From an uncultured Verrucomicrobiae bacterium (GTDB lineage Bacteria > Verrucomicrobiota > Verrucomicrobiia > Limisphaerales > JAFGQR01): a DNA stretch of 64,000 nt. The stretch lies in contig CAWBHS010000059.1 of NCBI GenBank assembly GCA_963788655.1, forward strand, positions 64,001-128,000, read 5' to 3'. Positions 18,058 through 27,862 of the stretch are shown here, piece by piece. Both the position numbers and the translations under genes were made by a program. The notes under the pieces were generated by a model. The model saw only the letters and a program-made list of their open reading frames with translations. It ran no database searches and was not told where the DNA came from. The stretch's first letter is position 1, and every line of letters begins with the position of its first letter.

Positions 18058-19449
18058 ATGAAGCGATGGCACCAAAATTGGGTTCGGTGGTTGACCGGGG
18101 CGTTACTGGTGGTGGTGGGTATGGGCGCGACGGTGCTGCCGGCAACCGGGGATACTTTGAATTGGCGCAAAGCTCAAAACCGCGTCAATGCGGACATTTC
18201 TTCCTGGGATCTCAATCGATTGCTGGCCGAATTGGCGGCTGCGACGGACTGGCAAATCTTCGTAGAACCGGACGCCCGGCGCACCGTTTCCACCAAATTC
18301 AGCGACCGCACCACCGGCGAGGCGTTGCGCCTGTTGTTGGGCGATCTGAATTTTGCGCTGGTGCCGCAAACCAACGGCGCGGCCCGGTTGTATGTATTCC
18401 GCACCTCCCCCCAGGAAGCCACCCGCCAGATCCATCCGCATTCCCGGGCCAAACCCATTCCCAACGAACTCATCGTGACGCTCAAACCGGGCGCCGATAT
18501 TGACGAACTGGCCCGTTTGTTGGGCGCGAAAGTCAGCGGGCGCGTCGATAAACTGAATTTGTACCGGTTGGAATTCAAAGATGCCGCGGCGATGGCCGCC
18601 GCCCGCGACTACCTCAAGCAAAGCGACGATGTGGCGTCGGTCGATTTCAATTTCCCCCTCAAGCCCCAACCGTTGCCGGAACAACTGGCCTACAGTTCCT
18701 TTCCCCCGTTGAACCTCAAGCCGAACGTCACCAGCGACGGCAAACACATCGTGGTGGGCTTGATCGATACGGCTCTGGATGTCAAAGACAGTCCCTACGC
18801 GGATCTGTTGTTGCCAAGCATTTCGGTCGCCGGCGAGAGCCCTGCGTCCACCACCAGCACCGCGCTGACGCACGGCGATTCCATGACCCAAACCCTGTTG
18901 CGCGGTCTATCGGGGCTGGCCGATGGCAGCGAGGGCACACAAGTGCGCATCCAGCCGGTGGATGTCTATGGCAGCAGTGCTGCCACCACCAGCTTTCAAG
19001 TGGCCGAGGGCGTCTATGCCGCGATCAATTCCGGAGCCACGATCATCAACCTGAGCCTGGGCAGCGACGGCCCGATGGATTATCTGCACCAGATCATCCA
19101 GGACGCGCACCAACAGGGAGTGCTGTTCTTTGCCGCCGCGGGCAACGAACCCACAACCACGCCCTCCTTTCCGGCGGCGTATCCCGAAGTGATTGCGGTC
19201 ACCGCCGGCACGAGCAGCGGGGATATTGCTCCGTATGCGAACCGGGGTGATTTTGTCGATGCCATCGCCCCCGGCTCGATGATTGTCAAAGACAACCAGG
19301 GCGCCATGTTTCTGGTGTCGGGCACTTCAGTTTCCACGGCGTATGCGGCCGGAATGGCGGCGGGCTTGACGGAACGCAGCGGTGCCAGTCCGCAGAATGT
19401 CGAGGCTTCGATCCGCCTGAACCTGGCCCCCAAGAGCCTCGCCAAGTGA
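18058..19449 (+). CDS. S8 (subtilisin-like) serine peptidase with an N-terminal STN/secretin-N0-like domain
   Basis: VGLIDT (Asp), THGDSM (His), AAAGN (oxyanion Asn), SGTSVS (Ser); signal peptide. Confidence 0.85.
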   Translation: MKRWHQNWVRWLTGALLVVVGMGATVLPATGDTLNWRKAQNRVNADISSWDLNRLLAELAAATDWQIFVEPDARRTVSTKFSDRTTGEALRLLLGDLNFALVPQTNGAARLYVFRTSPQEATRQIHPHSRAKPIPNELIVTLKPGADIDELARLLGAKVSGRVDKLNLYRLEFKDAAAMAAARDYLKQSDDVASVDFNFPLKPQPLPEQLAYSSFPPLNLKPNVTSDGKHIVVGLIDTALDVKDSPYADLLLPSISVAGESPASTTSTALTHGDSMTQTLLRGLSGLADGSEGTQVRIQPVDVYGSSAATTSFQVAEGVYAAINSGATIINLSLGSDGPMDYLHQIIQDAHQQGVLFFAAAGNEPTTTPSFPAAYPEVIAVTAGTSSGDIAPYANRGDFVDAIAPGSMIVKDNQGAMFLVSGTSVSTAYAAGMAAGLTERSGASPQNVEASIRLNLAPKSLAK

Positions 19450-19491
19450 TTTGCGGCTTGAACCCGCCGCCGGCTCGTCTAAGCTGTTTTC

Positions 19492-20328
19492 GTGGTATCC
19501 CTGACGGACCGCAATGCTTTCGCCGTGGCCGTAGTCTTCTATGGCCTGAGCACGTTGTACTCGGTTTTCCTGTGGCGGAAAGGCTTTCGCCATCATAACC
19601 GGGTGACCTATCTTTTGCTCGCGGGCGGTTTCTGCTTTCACACCCTGGCCCTGCTCAAGCGCGGCTTCTCGCTCAGCCGGTGCCCGGTTACGAACCTCTA
19701 CGAAGCCACGACGTTTGTCGCCTGGACCATCGTCGCCGCCTACATTGCCACCGGTTGGTGGTCGCGGTTGCGGTTCCTGGGCGCATTCGCTTCCCCGGTG
19801 CTCCTCGCCATGGGCGTGTTTGCGTTGTTCCCGGATTTGGATAAGCACGGGCCGACGCCGCAGTTCAACCATGGACTCTTGAGCCTGCACGCTTCGCTCG
19901 TGTTGCTGTCCTACGGGGCCTTCGGCTTGAGTTGCGTGGCCGGCTTGATGTACCTGACCCAGGAACACAATTTGAAGTACAACAAACTTCGGGCGCTGGC
20001 GTCCCTGCTGCCGCCGATTCAACGCCTGGAAATGGTAATGAGCCGGTTACTGGTGGTGGGTATGATTCTACTAACCGCCGGCTTGGCGATCTCGCCGCTG
20101 CTGCTCGAGGAACTCGCGGCCCAACAGCCGGCAAGAGGTTTGTTTATCACGGACGCCAAGGTGATTTGGTCGGGCTTGATTTGGCTTTTTTACCTGGCCT
20201 TGCTGATTATGCGCTGGCGTTACGCGCGGGGAGGACGCCGGCTGGCCTGGGGTGTGGTCGGCACGTTTGGATTTATTTTGCTGACCTTCTGGGGCACGCA
20301 CCTCCTGTCCACGATCCATAATTCATGA
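19492..20328 (+). CDS. Cytochrome c assembly protein CcsA/HemX-like
   Basis: Multi-TM protein; CPVTNLYE, LHASL, DAKVIWS; first gene of the hem operon. Confidence 0.8.
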   Translation: MVSLTDRNAFAVAVVFYGLSTLYSVFLWRKGFRHHNRVTYLLLAGGFCFHTLALLKRGFSLSRCPVTNLYEATTFVAWTIVAAYIATGWWSRLRFLGAFASPVLLAMGVFALFPDLDKHGPTPQFNHGLLSLHASLVLLSYGAFGLSCVAGLMYLTQEHNLKYNKLRALASLLPPIQRLEMVMSRLLVVGMILLTAGLAISPLLLEELAAQQPARGLFITDAKVIWSGLIWLFYLALLIMRWRYARGGRRLAWGVVGTFGFILLTFWGTHLLSTIHNS

Positions 20329-20335
20329 AACGGCT

Positions 20336-21394
20336 ATGGCCCTGCTCGTCATTGGTCTGAACCATCGCACCGCGCCGGTCACGCTGCGCGAGCAGTTCGC
20401 CATTGCCGAGGCGCGCGTGCCGGCCACCGCGCAACTGTTGCGCCAGGAAAACATTGCGGACGAGATTGTTATCCTATCCACCTGTAATCGCGTCGAGTTT
20501 TACATTTCCACTTCGCTCGAACCACGACAAGCGTTCGAGGAATTGCAGGCCTTCCTGGTGCATTGCGCCGGCTACCGGGATCCGCTCACGGACGAAATCT
20601 ACCGCTGGTCAGAGCCCCAAAGCATCGAACACTTGTTCAAGGTGGCCTGCGGTATGGACTCGATGGTGTTGGGCGAAACCGAGATTTTGGGCCAGTTGAA
20701 AAAAGCTTACGACCTGGCCCTGCACCACAGTCATACGGGCCGGGTATTAAACAAGGCCTTCCAAAAAGCATTCAACGTCGCCAAGCACGTGCGCACCCAC
20801 ACCAACATCCAGCGGGGCAGTATTTCGGTGGCATCGGTGGCGGTCGAACTGGCGGAAAAGATCTTCAACAAACTGGCCGAGCACCAGGTCATGGTCATCG
20901 GCGCCGGCGACACCAGCGAGAAGGCCGCGCGCGCCTTGCTGTCCCGCGGCGCCCGAAGTGTCGTCGTGGCCAACCGATCCTTCGAGCGCGCCCTTGCGCT
21001 GGCCACCGAGCTGGGCGGACGAGCGGTGCGCTTTGACGATTGGGAGGCCGAGTTTGAACAAATCGACATTGCCATCAGCAGCACCTCCGCGCCGCATTAC
21101 GTATTGACGCCCGCCGTGCTGGAGCCACTGATGAAAGCGCGCCGGCATCGGCCGTTGCTGCTCGTTGACATCGCGGTGCCGCGGGATATCGATCCGGCCG
21201 TGAACTTTATTGACGACATCTATCTTTACAACATTGACGATCTGCAGGCCATTGCGGCGGACTCCCTCAAACGGCGCCAGGCAGAAATCGCGCAATGCGA
21301 GGCAATCATCCGCGAAAAAGCGCGTGGTTTGATCAAATCCCACCAACCGCCCACCATTCCTCCCGCGACCACTCCAGCATTCGGACACGAATAA
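20336..21394 (+). CDS. hemA: Glutamyl-tRNA reductase
   Basis: GLNHRTAPV, LSTCNRVE, DSMVLGETEILGQ, VDIAVPRDI. Confidence 0.95.
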   Translation: MALLVIGLNHRTAPVTLREQFAIAEARVPATAQLLRQENIADEIVILSTCNRVEFYISTSLEPRQAFEELQAFLVHCAGYRDPLTDEIYRWSEPQSIEHLFKVACGMDSMVLGETEILGQLKKAYDLALHHSHTGRVLNKAFQKAFNVAKHVRTHTNIQRGSISVASVAVELAEKIFNKLAEHQVMVIGAGDTSEKAARALLSRGARSVVVANRSFERALALATELGGRAVRFDDWEAEFEQIDIAISSTSAPHYVLTPAVLEPLMKARRHRPLLLVDIAVPRDIDPAVNFIDDIYLYNIDDLQAIAADSLKRRQAEIAQCEAIIREKARGLIKSHQPPTIPPATTPAFGHE

Positions 21395-21396
21395 CC

Positions 21397-22362
21397 ATGC
21401 CTGAAGACAAACACACCATTCGCATCGCCACTCGTGGGAGCGCCTTGGCCTTGGCCCAAGCCCGCTTGGTTATGGCGCAGTGCCAGGAAGCCTTTCCGGA
21501 ATTGTCGTTCGAATTGAACATCATCAAAACCACCGGCGACAAAGCCCTCGGAGCTTCCCTGGCAAACCCGGAGTTGCCCAAAGGATTGTTCACCAAAGAA
21601 CTCGAAGTGGCGCTCTTGAAGGGTGAAGCTGATCTGGCCGTGCATAGTTTGAAGGATCTGCCCACGGACCTGCCCGCAGGTTTGAAGCTGGGCGCCGTTA
21701 GTTCCCGCGAGGATGTGCGGGATGTCCTCATCTATCACACCGACGCCCTCGGCCCACTGACCACCTTGAGTGACCTGCCCGATGGCACCGTCGTGGCGAC
21801 CAGCAGCACCCGGCGCAGCGCCCAATTGCTCGAACACCGACCCGGTTTGAAAGTGATCCCCATTCGCGGCAACGTCGGTACCCGCTTGCGCAAGGTGGTG
21901 GAACAACCCGACTTGAGCGCCACCATTCTCGCCGCCGCTGGTCTGTCGCGGCTCGGCATCCACATCCAACCCGATGGGCAACTGACCGGTGAAGGCGTGC
22001 CCGCCGGCCTCCGGGCGATTCGCTTGGAACCGGAAGAGATGCTGCCGTGTGTCGGCCAGGCGGCTTTGGGGTTGGAAGTGCGCGAAAGAGACGAACGCAT
22101 CACCCCGCTATGTGACAAGTTAAACGATCCAGATACCTTTAGCTGCGTCACGGCAGAACGCGCATTTTTGCAGGCAATGGGCGGCGGATGCCATCTGGCC
22201 GTGGCTGCCTACGGCCAAATCCAATCCGGGCAACTTTACGTGCGGGCCGTATCCTTTCTTCAAGGTGCTCCCCGGCGAGGCGAAGGCAACAGTTCACCCG
22301 AAGCCGCAAGCGAACTGGGCCAGCGCCTGGCCAGGGAGCTTTTGGCAGGTCCAGCTTCCTGA
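21397..22362 (+). CDS. hemC: Hydroxymethylbilane synthase
   Basis: IATRGSALALAQ, KGLFTKELE, AVHSLKDLP, IRGNVGTRL, GGGC. Confidence 0.95.
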   Translation: MPEDKHTIRIATRGSALALAQARLVMAQCQEAFPELSFELNIIKTTGDKALGASLANPELPKGLFTKELEVALLKGEADLAVHSLKDLPTDLPAGLKLGAVSSREDVRDVLIYHTDALGPLTTLSDLPDGTVVATSSTRRSAQLLEHRPGLKVIPIRGNVGTRLRKVVEQPDLSATILAAAGLSRLGIHIQPDGQLTGEGVPAGLRAIRLEPEEMLPCVGQAALGLEVRERDERITPLCDKLNDPDTFSCVTAERAFLQAMGGGCHLAVAAYGQIQSGQLYVRAVSFLQGAPRRGEGNSSPEAASELGQRLARELLAGPAS

Positions 22363-22521
22363 ATTCTTCTTTCGCACGGAAATGATCGGCCGCTCGAGAT
22401 GCCACTTTCAAGATTGCGTTTCCAGTTCCCCCGGAGGAAGAAAATATTCGACCTGACGGCGAGAGCGTGTACGAATCGGTATCGCTATGGTAACTTGTTT
22501 GGCAAAGGAAACGTGGTCTGA

Positions 22522-24054
22522 ATGAAAGCAAAGGGCATAGTCTATTTGGTGGGGGCAGGTCCGGGCGACGCCGGACTCCTCACACTCCGGGGGGCTGAAT
22601 TGCTCGGCCGGGCCAACGTCGTGGTGTATGACGTATTGGTCAATCCCGCCTTGCTTCGCCTGGCACCGCCGTCCGCAGAACTGATCTGCCGCGGAAAATC
22701 AGCCAGCGACAAAGCGTTGTCGCAGGCGGACATGAACACCCTGATGGTAGCCCGCGCCAAGGCCGGGCAATGTGTCGTCCGTTTGAAGGGTGGCGATCCC
22801 TACATCTTCGGACGCGGCGGCGAAGAAGCTGAAGAACTGGCCGCCGCCGGCATCGGGTTCGAAGTGGTGCCCGGAGTTTCTTCCATCGTTGCCGGCCCGA
22901 ACTATGCGGGGGTGCCTTTGACCCACCGGGATTATTGTTCAAGTTTCACCGTGTTGACCGGCCATGGGAATCCGGAAGCGGGCGCGACCAAGCTGGAGTT
23001 GGATCAGATTGCCAACCTCCCCGGCACCAAAGTCGTGCTCATGGGGATGAAGCGTATGCGCGAATGGACCGCCAGTCTGGTTGAGCACGGCATGCCGGCC
23101 GCTACTCGCGTGGCGGTGGTGCAATGGGCCACGACCGGCCAGCAACAGTCGGTCGAAGGCACCCTGGCGACCATCGCTGAGCAGGTTGCGCAACGCGGCC
23201 TCACCCCACCGGCGCTGACGATCATCGGCGACGTCGTCAAACTGCGTCCGAAACTGAACTGGTTCGAACATCGTCCCCTCTTCGGGCAACGGTGTGTGAT
23301 CACCCGAGCCCGGCACCAGTGCGAGACTCTGGCTCGGCAACTCACTGAACTGGGGGCGGACGTGTTGGAAATTGCCTGCTTGAAAATCGTGGCTCCGAAG
23401 GACAAACAACCGCTGGCGGACGCGCTGCTCACGCTGGGAGAATACGATTGGATTGTGTTCACCAGCGTCAACGGCGTGAACGCTTTCTTTGACTATTTCT
23501 TCAAGGCGTTCGAAGACGTCCGCGATTTGGGCGCCGTACGGATCGCGGCCGTCGGCCCAGGCACCGCCGCGCGCTTGCGGGAATTGCACCTCAAAGTGGA
23601 CGTGATGCCCAAGGAGGCGTTGGGGGTGCGGATTGCCAAGGCGCTGAACGAATTTGAAAGCATTGAGAACTTGAAAATCATGCTGGCGCGCGCCGAGACC
23701 GCGAATTCGGATTTGCCCGCCGCCCTCAACGAAAGGCGGGCGATCGTGGATGACGTCCCCTGTTACCAGACGGTGCCGGAAACCGAAGACCGCACCGGGG
23801 CAGGCGCCCGCCTGCTGGCCGAGGGCGCTCAATGGATCACCTTCACGAGCGGCTCGACGGTGGACCATTTCCATGCCCGGTTTGACCTGCCCAAATTGCT
23901 CGCCCAATTTCCCGAGTTGAAACTGGCTTCGATTGGACCGGAAACCAGCAAGGTGTTGGGCAAATTGGGATTAAAGCCCACCGTCGAAGCCCGCGAACAC
24001 ACGATGGACGGTTTGGTCAAGGGCATCAGGGCGCACGTCAAGTCAAGAGCGTGA
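22522..24054 (+). CDS. cobA: Uroporphyrinogen-III C-methyltransferase / uroporphyrinogen-III synthase fusion (CobA-HemD)
   Basis: VYLVGAGPGD, RLKGGDPYIFGRGGEE; C-terminal HemD part (WIVFTSVNGV, FTSGSTV, SIGPET). Confidence 0.92.
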   Translation: MKAKGIVYLVGAGPGDAGLLTLRGAELLGRANVVVYDVLVNPALLRLAPPSAELICRGKSASDKALSQADMNTLMVARAKAGQCVVRLKGGDPYIFGRGGEEAEELAAAGIGFEVVPGVSSIVAGPNYAGVPLTHRDYCSSFTVLTGHGNPEAGATKLELDQIANLPGTKVVLMGMKRMREWTASLVEHGMPAATRVAVVQWATTGQQQSVEGTLATIAEQVAQRGLTPPALTIIGDVVKLRPKLNWFEHRPLFGQRCVITRARHQCETLARQLTELGADVLEIACLKIVAPKDKQPLADALLTLGEYDWIVFTSVNGVNAFFDYFFKAFEDVRDLGAVRIAAVGPGTAARLRELHLKVDVMPKEALGVRIAKALNEFESIENLKIMLARAETANSDLPAALNERRAIVDDVPCYQTVPETEDRTGAGARLLAEGAQWITFTSGSTVDHFHARFDLPKLLAQFPELKLASIGPETSKVLGKLGLKPTVEAREHTMDGLVKGIRAHVKSRA

Positions 24055-24076
24055 GATGAGCGGACGGCGCAACCCG

Positions 24077-24634
24077 TCATTGCTGGCAGAACCGTTCCAG
24101 CAGCAACTCAAATTCCAACGCCTGAATCGCCTTCAGAAGTCGCACGCGCGCATCGCCGGCAGGCCGGCCGGAGGCGACGTTGCAGGCGGTTACAAAGGCG
24201 TGCGGATCCCATTGGCCGGCAGGCAATAATTGCGAACCCAGCATAGTGTCGTTGTGCGACTGGAGCAGCGCAGCCACCCGATTAGCAAGTTCGGGATAGC
24301 ACGGATGCGTTCCGACCCGGCGAAACCAGTATTTGGAGTTCCAGTAATCCGGTTCGCGCCGGTGCATGAGGCCATGCACATAGCTTCCGTCGGCGTTGTC
24401 AATGCCCTGGGAGATTTTGTGGGACGCATCCAAAAGATCGTGCCACAACAGGACGGTGGCACGAATCAGATCGCCCTTGAGGTTGGACACGGCGTGCGTT
24501 GCCAAGGTCGCTTCGAGTTGCGGCTTCAAGACATCCAACGGCTGCGCGCCATCACGCGGACCCGGGCCCAAGTCGGCCGGGTTCGCCGTCGCCATCAATC
24601 CCTGAACTTGCTGAAGCAAGTTTGTCTCGCCCAT
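24077..24634 (-). CDS. Conserved hypothetical protein
   Basis: ATG at 24634 inside ORF 24077..25642; HGLMHRREPDYWNSKYWFRRVG motif. Confidence 0.7.
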   Translation of the reverse strand: MGETNLLQQVQGLMATANPADLGPGPRDGAQPLDVLKPQLEATLATHAVSNLKGDLIRATVLLWHDLLDASHKISQGIDNADGSYVHGLMHRREPDYWNSKYWFRRVGTHPCYPELANRVAALLQSHNDTMLGSQLLPAGQWDPHAFVTACNVASGRPAGDARVRLLKAIQALEFELLLERFCQQ

Positions 24635-24686
24635 GTCGGAACTATAATTCCCTACCGAGCGCAGGCCAGCACAAAACTGGGGCTGG

Positions 24687-26168
24687 TCAGACCGTGTACG
24701 TGCTGGAAGCCGTGGTGCCGCCGTGGCCGGTCCAGTTGGTGTGGAAGAACTGGCCGCGCGGCTTGTCCACGCGCTCGTAGGTGTGCGCGCCGAAGTAATC
24801 GCGCTGGGCCTGGAGCAGGTTGGCCGGCAGCACGTTCGCTGCGGTAGCCGTCGTAGAACGCCAGCGCGGTGCTGAACGCCGGCACCGGAATGCCCTTCTT
24901 GACGGCCGATGGCCACCACGTTGCGCCAGCGCTTTCTGGCAGCTCTTGATCTGCCTTCTGGAAGAATCGGATCGAGCAGCAGGTTGGCCAGTTTGGGTTC
25001 TTGTCGAAGGCTTCCTTGATCTTGCCGAGGAAGCGCGCTGCGGATGATGCAGCCGCCGCGCCACATGAGCGCGATGCCGCCGTAGTTCAGGTTCCAGCTC
25101 GTATTCCTGCGCCGCCGCGCGCATGAGCATGTAGCCCTGCGCGTAGCTGATGATCTTCGAGGCGTAGAGCGCGTCGCGGATGTCGTCGATGAACGCCTTT
25201 CTTCGCGGTCGCCGGCGACTTGATGGCTGGGCGCGGGCCTTTCAGTTTCTTGGCGGCCTCCACGCGCTCTTCTTTCAGCGCGGAGAGGCAGCGGCGAATA
25301 GACCGCCTCGGCGATCAGCGTGATCGGGAATGCCCAGGTCCTGCGATGATATGCACCGTCCATTTGCCGGTGCCTTTCTGGCCGGCGGTGTCGAGGATCT
25401 TGTCCACGAGCGGCTGCGCCGTCGGCGTCCTTGTAGGCGAGGATGTCGCGGGTGATCTCGATGAGGTAGGAGTCCAGTTCGCCCTTGTTCCACTCGGCGA
25501 AGACCTGCGTGCATCTCGTCGGCGCGTCATGCCGAGGCCGTTCTTCATAGATGTTGTAGGCTTCGCAGATGAGCTGCATGTCGCCGTACTCGATGCCGTT
25601 GTGGACCATCTTCACGTAGTGGCCGGCGCCGCTTTCGCCCACCCAGTCGCAGCAGGGCGATGCCGTCCTCGACCTTGGCGGCGATGGCCTGGAAGATGTC
25701 CTTCACGTGCGGCCACGCGGCCGGGCGAGCCGCCGGGCATGATGCACGGGCCGTGGCGCGCGCCTTCCTCGCCGCCGGACACGCCGGTGCCGATGTAGAG
25801 CAGGCCCTTGCTCTCGACATATTTGGTGCGGCGGATGGTGTCTTCGAAGAGCGAATTGCCGCCGTCGATGATGATGTCGCCCGGTTCGAGGTGCGGCAGG
25901 AGGTGTTCGATGAATTCGTCCACCGGCTTGCCGGCCTTGACCATGAGCATGACGCGGCGCGGGCGTCTTCAGCAGGCCGACCATTTCCTCGATGGAGTGC
26001 GCGCCGATGACGTTGGTGCCCTTGGCTTCGTTGGCGAGGAAATCGTCCACCTTGGAGACGGTGCGGTTGAAGGCCACGACGGTGAAGCCGTGGTCGTTCA
26101 TGTTCAGAATGAGGTTCTGGCCCATGACGGCCAGGCCGATCAATGCGATGTCAGCTTGTAGGTTCCAT
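24687..26168 (-). CDS. gnd: NADP-dependent 6-phosphogluconate dehydrogenase (many frameshifts, probably assembly errors)
   Basis: [77 protein letters not shown] spread over several frames. Confidence 0.9.
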
Positions 26169-26387
26169 GTTGTTTTCAGGTCAAAAGTTAAAGCAAGCCG
26201 CCACGATACCGAAGCAGATTGAGCTTGCCAGCAGAAATTTCGCAAGAAACCGTGGAAAATGACCGGTGAGCAAGGTCCGAGGACCAGAGACTCATCGCAG
26301 TAAAGCCCCGGTGTTGAACTGAATAAAGTCACGGTTGAAAGCCGCGCGATGCTTATTCCACTGCGCGTTCAAGAGGAGACTTCAAGC

Positions 26388-26455
26388 GGAGCACGGACAT
26401 TCCGGTTCGCTCGGTAGAAAAGGGCCGCACCAGCAGGCAGGAATGTCCGCGCTCC
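26388..26455. repeat. REP doublet (GGAGCRCGGACATTCC family)
   Basis: GGAGCACGGACATTCC ... GGAATGTCCGCGCTCC inverted pair. Confidence 0.75.
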
Positions 26456-26550
26456 AGTTCAAACCCGCTTTAGTCTCAACTTGAAAGCAAAATGGAATTA
26501 AGAGTTCAACCGGAGCGCAAGCCCGCGTCCATGGAACACTCCCTCTTCGA

Positions 26551-27600
26551 TTATTCGCGCTCGAGTGGCGGACGGAAGCCGTGCTTTTTTCCCGAGGCCA
26601 GGCACGCGCTGAGCGATTTCATGCCCGCGGTGCAAGTAGGGTCGGACAGTGACATAGCGGCAGCACAAACACCGATTTCCAGGCAACGGGCCAGTTCCCA
26701 GCCTTCGTGCAAACCCAGCAGCACGCCGGCACAAAAGGCGTCGCCGGCCCCTGCAGTTCCCGCCACCTTTTTTTCAGGCAGCTTCACCGAGGATTGCCAG
26801 ACATCTTCGCCTTTGCGGGTCCGGGCGAAGCCGCCTTCCGGAAAGTGAATGACCACCAGTTCCTGCACCCCTTGCTGGAGCAGGGCGCCGGCGGCGTGGC
26901 GCAAACTGACGGTGTCCAATTCGCCGTTGGGCTGGCGGATTTTGAAGCCGGTGGTGTTGCCGGCCTCGATTTCGTTCAGGATGCAATAGTCCACGTGCTT
27001 GAGCGCGGGCACTACGATCTTGGCGAAGCGGTTGCTGTCCTCGCTCACCACGTCCACACTGGTCTTGAGGCCGGCGGCCTGGGCCGCGGCGAGCAACCGG
27101 GCGGCTTTGGTGCCGAATTTGCCGTCCGCGCCGTCCAGCGAGTCCAAGAGGAGCAAATAGCCGAGGTGGAAAATCCGGGCTTTGGTTTTACCAAAATCCA
27201 AATCCTGCCCATCCCACAAGGCGTTGGCGCCCCGGTAATGGAAAAAAGTGCGCCGGCCGTTGCCGGTTTCGGTCATGACATCGGTGTAAGAGGTGTCAGC
27301 TTTGGGGGTGGTCCGAAGATGGCGGGTGTCAATCTGGTGGTCGCGGCAATCCTTCAAGATGACTTCGCCCAGCGGATCCTTGCCCACGAGGCCGGCGGCA
27401 TACAGCGGCAGTTCCGCCCCCATTTTGGCCAAATCAATCAAAACATTGTACGCTGCCCCGCCGGTGCCCTGATGTTGGCTGAGAATGTTGGCAAGCTGTT
27501 CGCGTTGCGGATACACGTCAATGAGCTTGACCTGGTCGATGATCCAATTGCCGCCGGCCAGCACGCCGCGGCGGTCTATTTTGTTTTTTTTGACTGGCAT
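26551..27600 (-). CDS. PfkB family carbohydrate kinase
   Basis: GTGGAAYNV, ILNEIEA, GTAGAGDAFCAG. Confidence 0.9.
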   Translation of the reverse strand: MPVKKNKIDRRGVLAGGNWIIDQVKLIDVYPQREQLANILSQHQGTGGAAYNVLIDLAKMGAELPLYAAGLVGKDPLGEVILKDCRDHQIDTRHLRTTPKADTSYTDVMTETGNGRRTFFHYRGANALWDGQDLDFGKTKARIFHLGYLLLLDSLDGADGKFGTKAARLLAAAQAAGLKTSVDVVSEDSNRFAKIVVPALKHVDYCILNEIEAGNTTGFKIRQPNGELDTVSLRHAAGALLQQGVQELVVIHFPEGGFARTRKGEDVWQSSVKLPEKKVAGTAGAGDAFCAGVLLGLHEGWELARCLEIGVCAAAMSLSDPTCTAGMKSLSACLASGKKHGFRPPLERE

Positions 27601-27862
27601 AGGGTGATGAGCATTCTGTTTTTGGGCGCAATCCACGTTACGGCCGGGTAATCAACTGGAATTGCCAGTTACCCGGATAGTGAATCGAAGGCGAGGGGCT
27701 TCTGGCAAGCCGAAAAAACGGGTCGGAGAGGAACCAGCGAAATGGCGGAGTCCCAAAGCCGAAATCCCAAGGGTTGCGGGTTTGGGGTGAAAACCAAACA
27801 GAGGGCTTGAATTCCAGACCCGCTTACTTTCTCTTTTCAAATGCTCGGTTTCAAAGTAAACA

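Noticed and set aside
24077..25642. 521-aa fusion of gnd to the downstream hypothetical protein
   Set aside because: Produced by frameshift errors; gnd ends at 24687 and the next gene has its own ATG at 24634.
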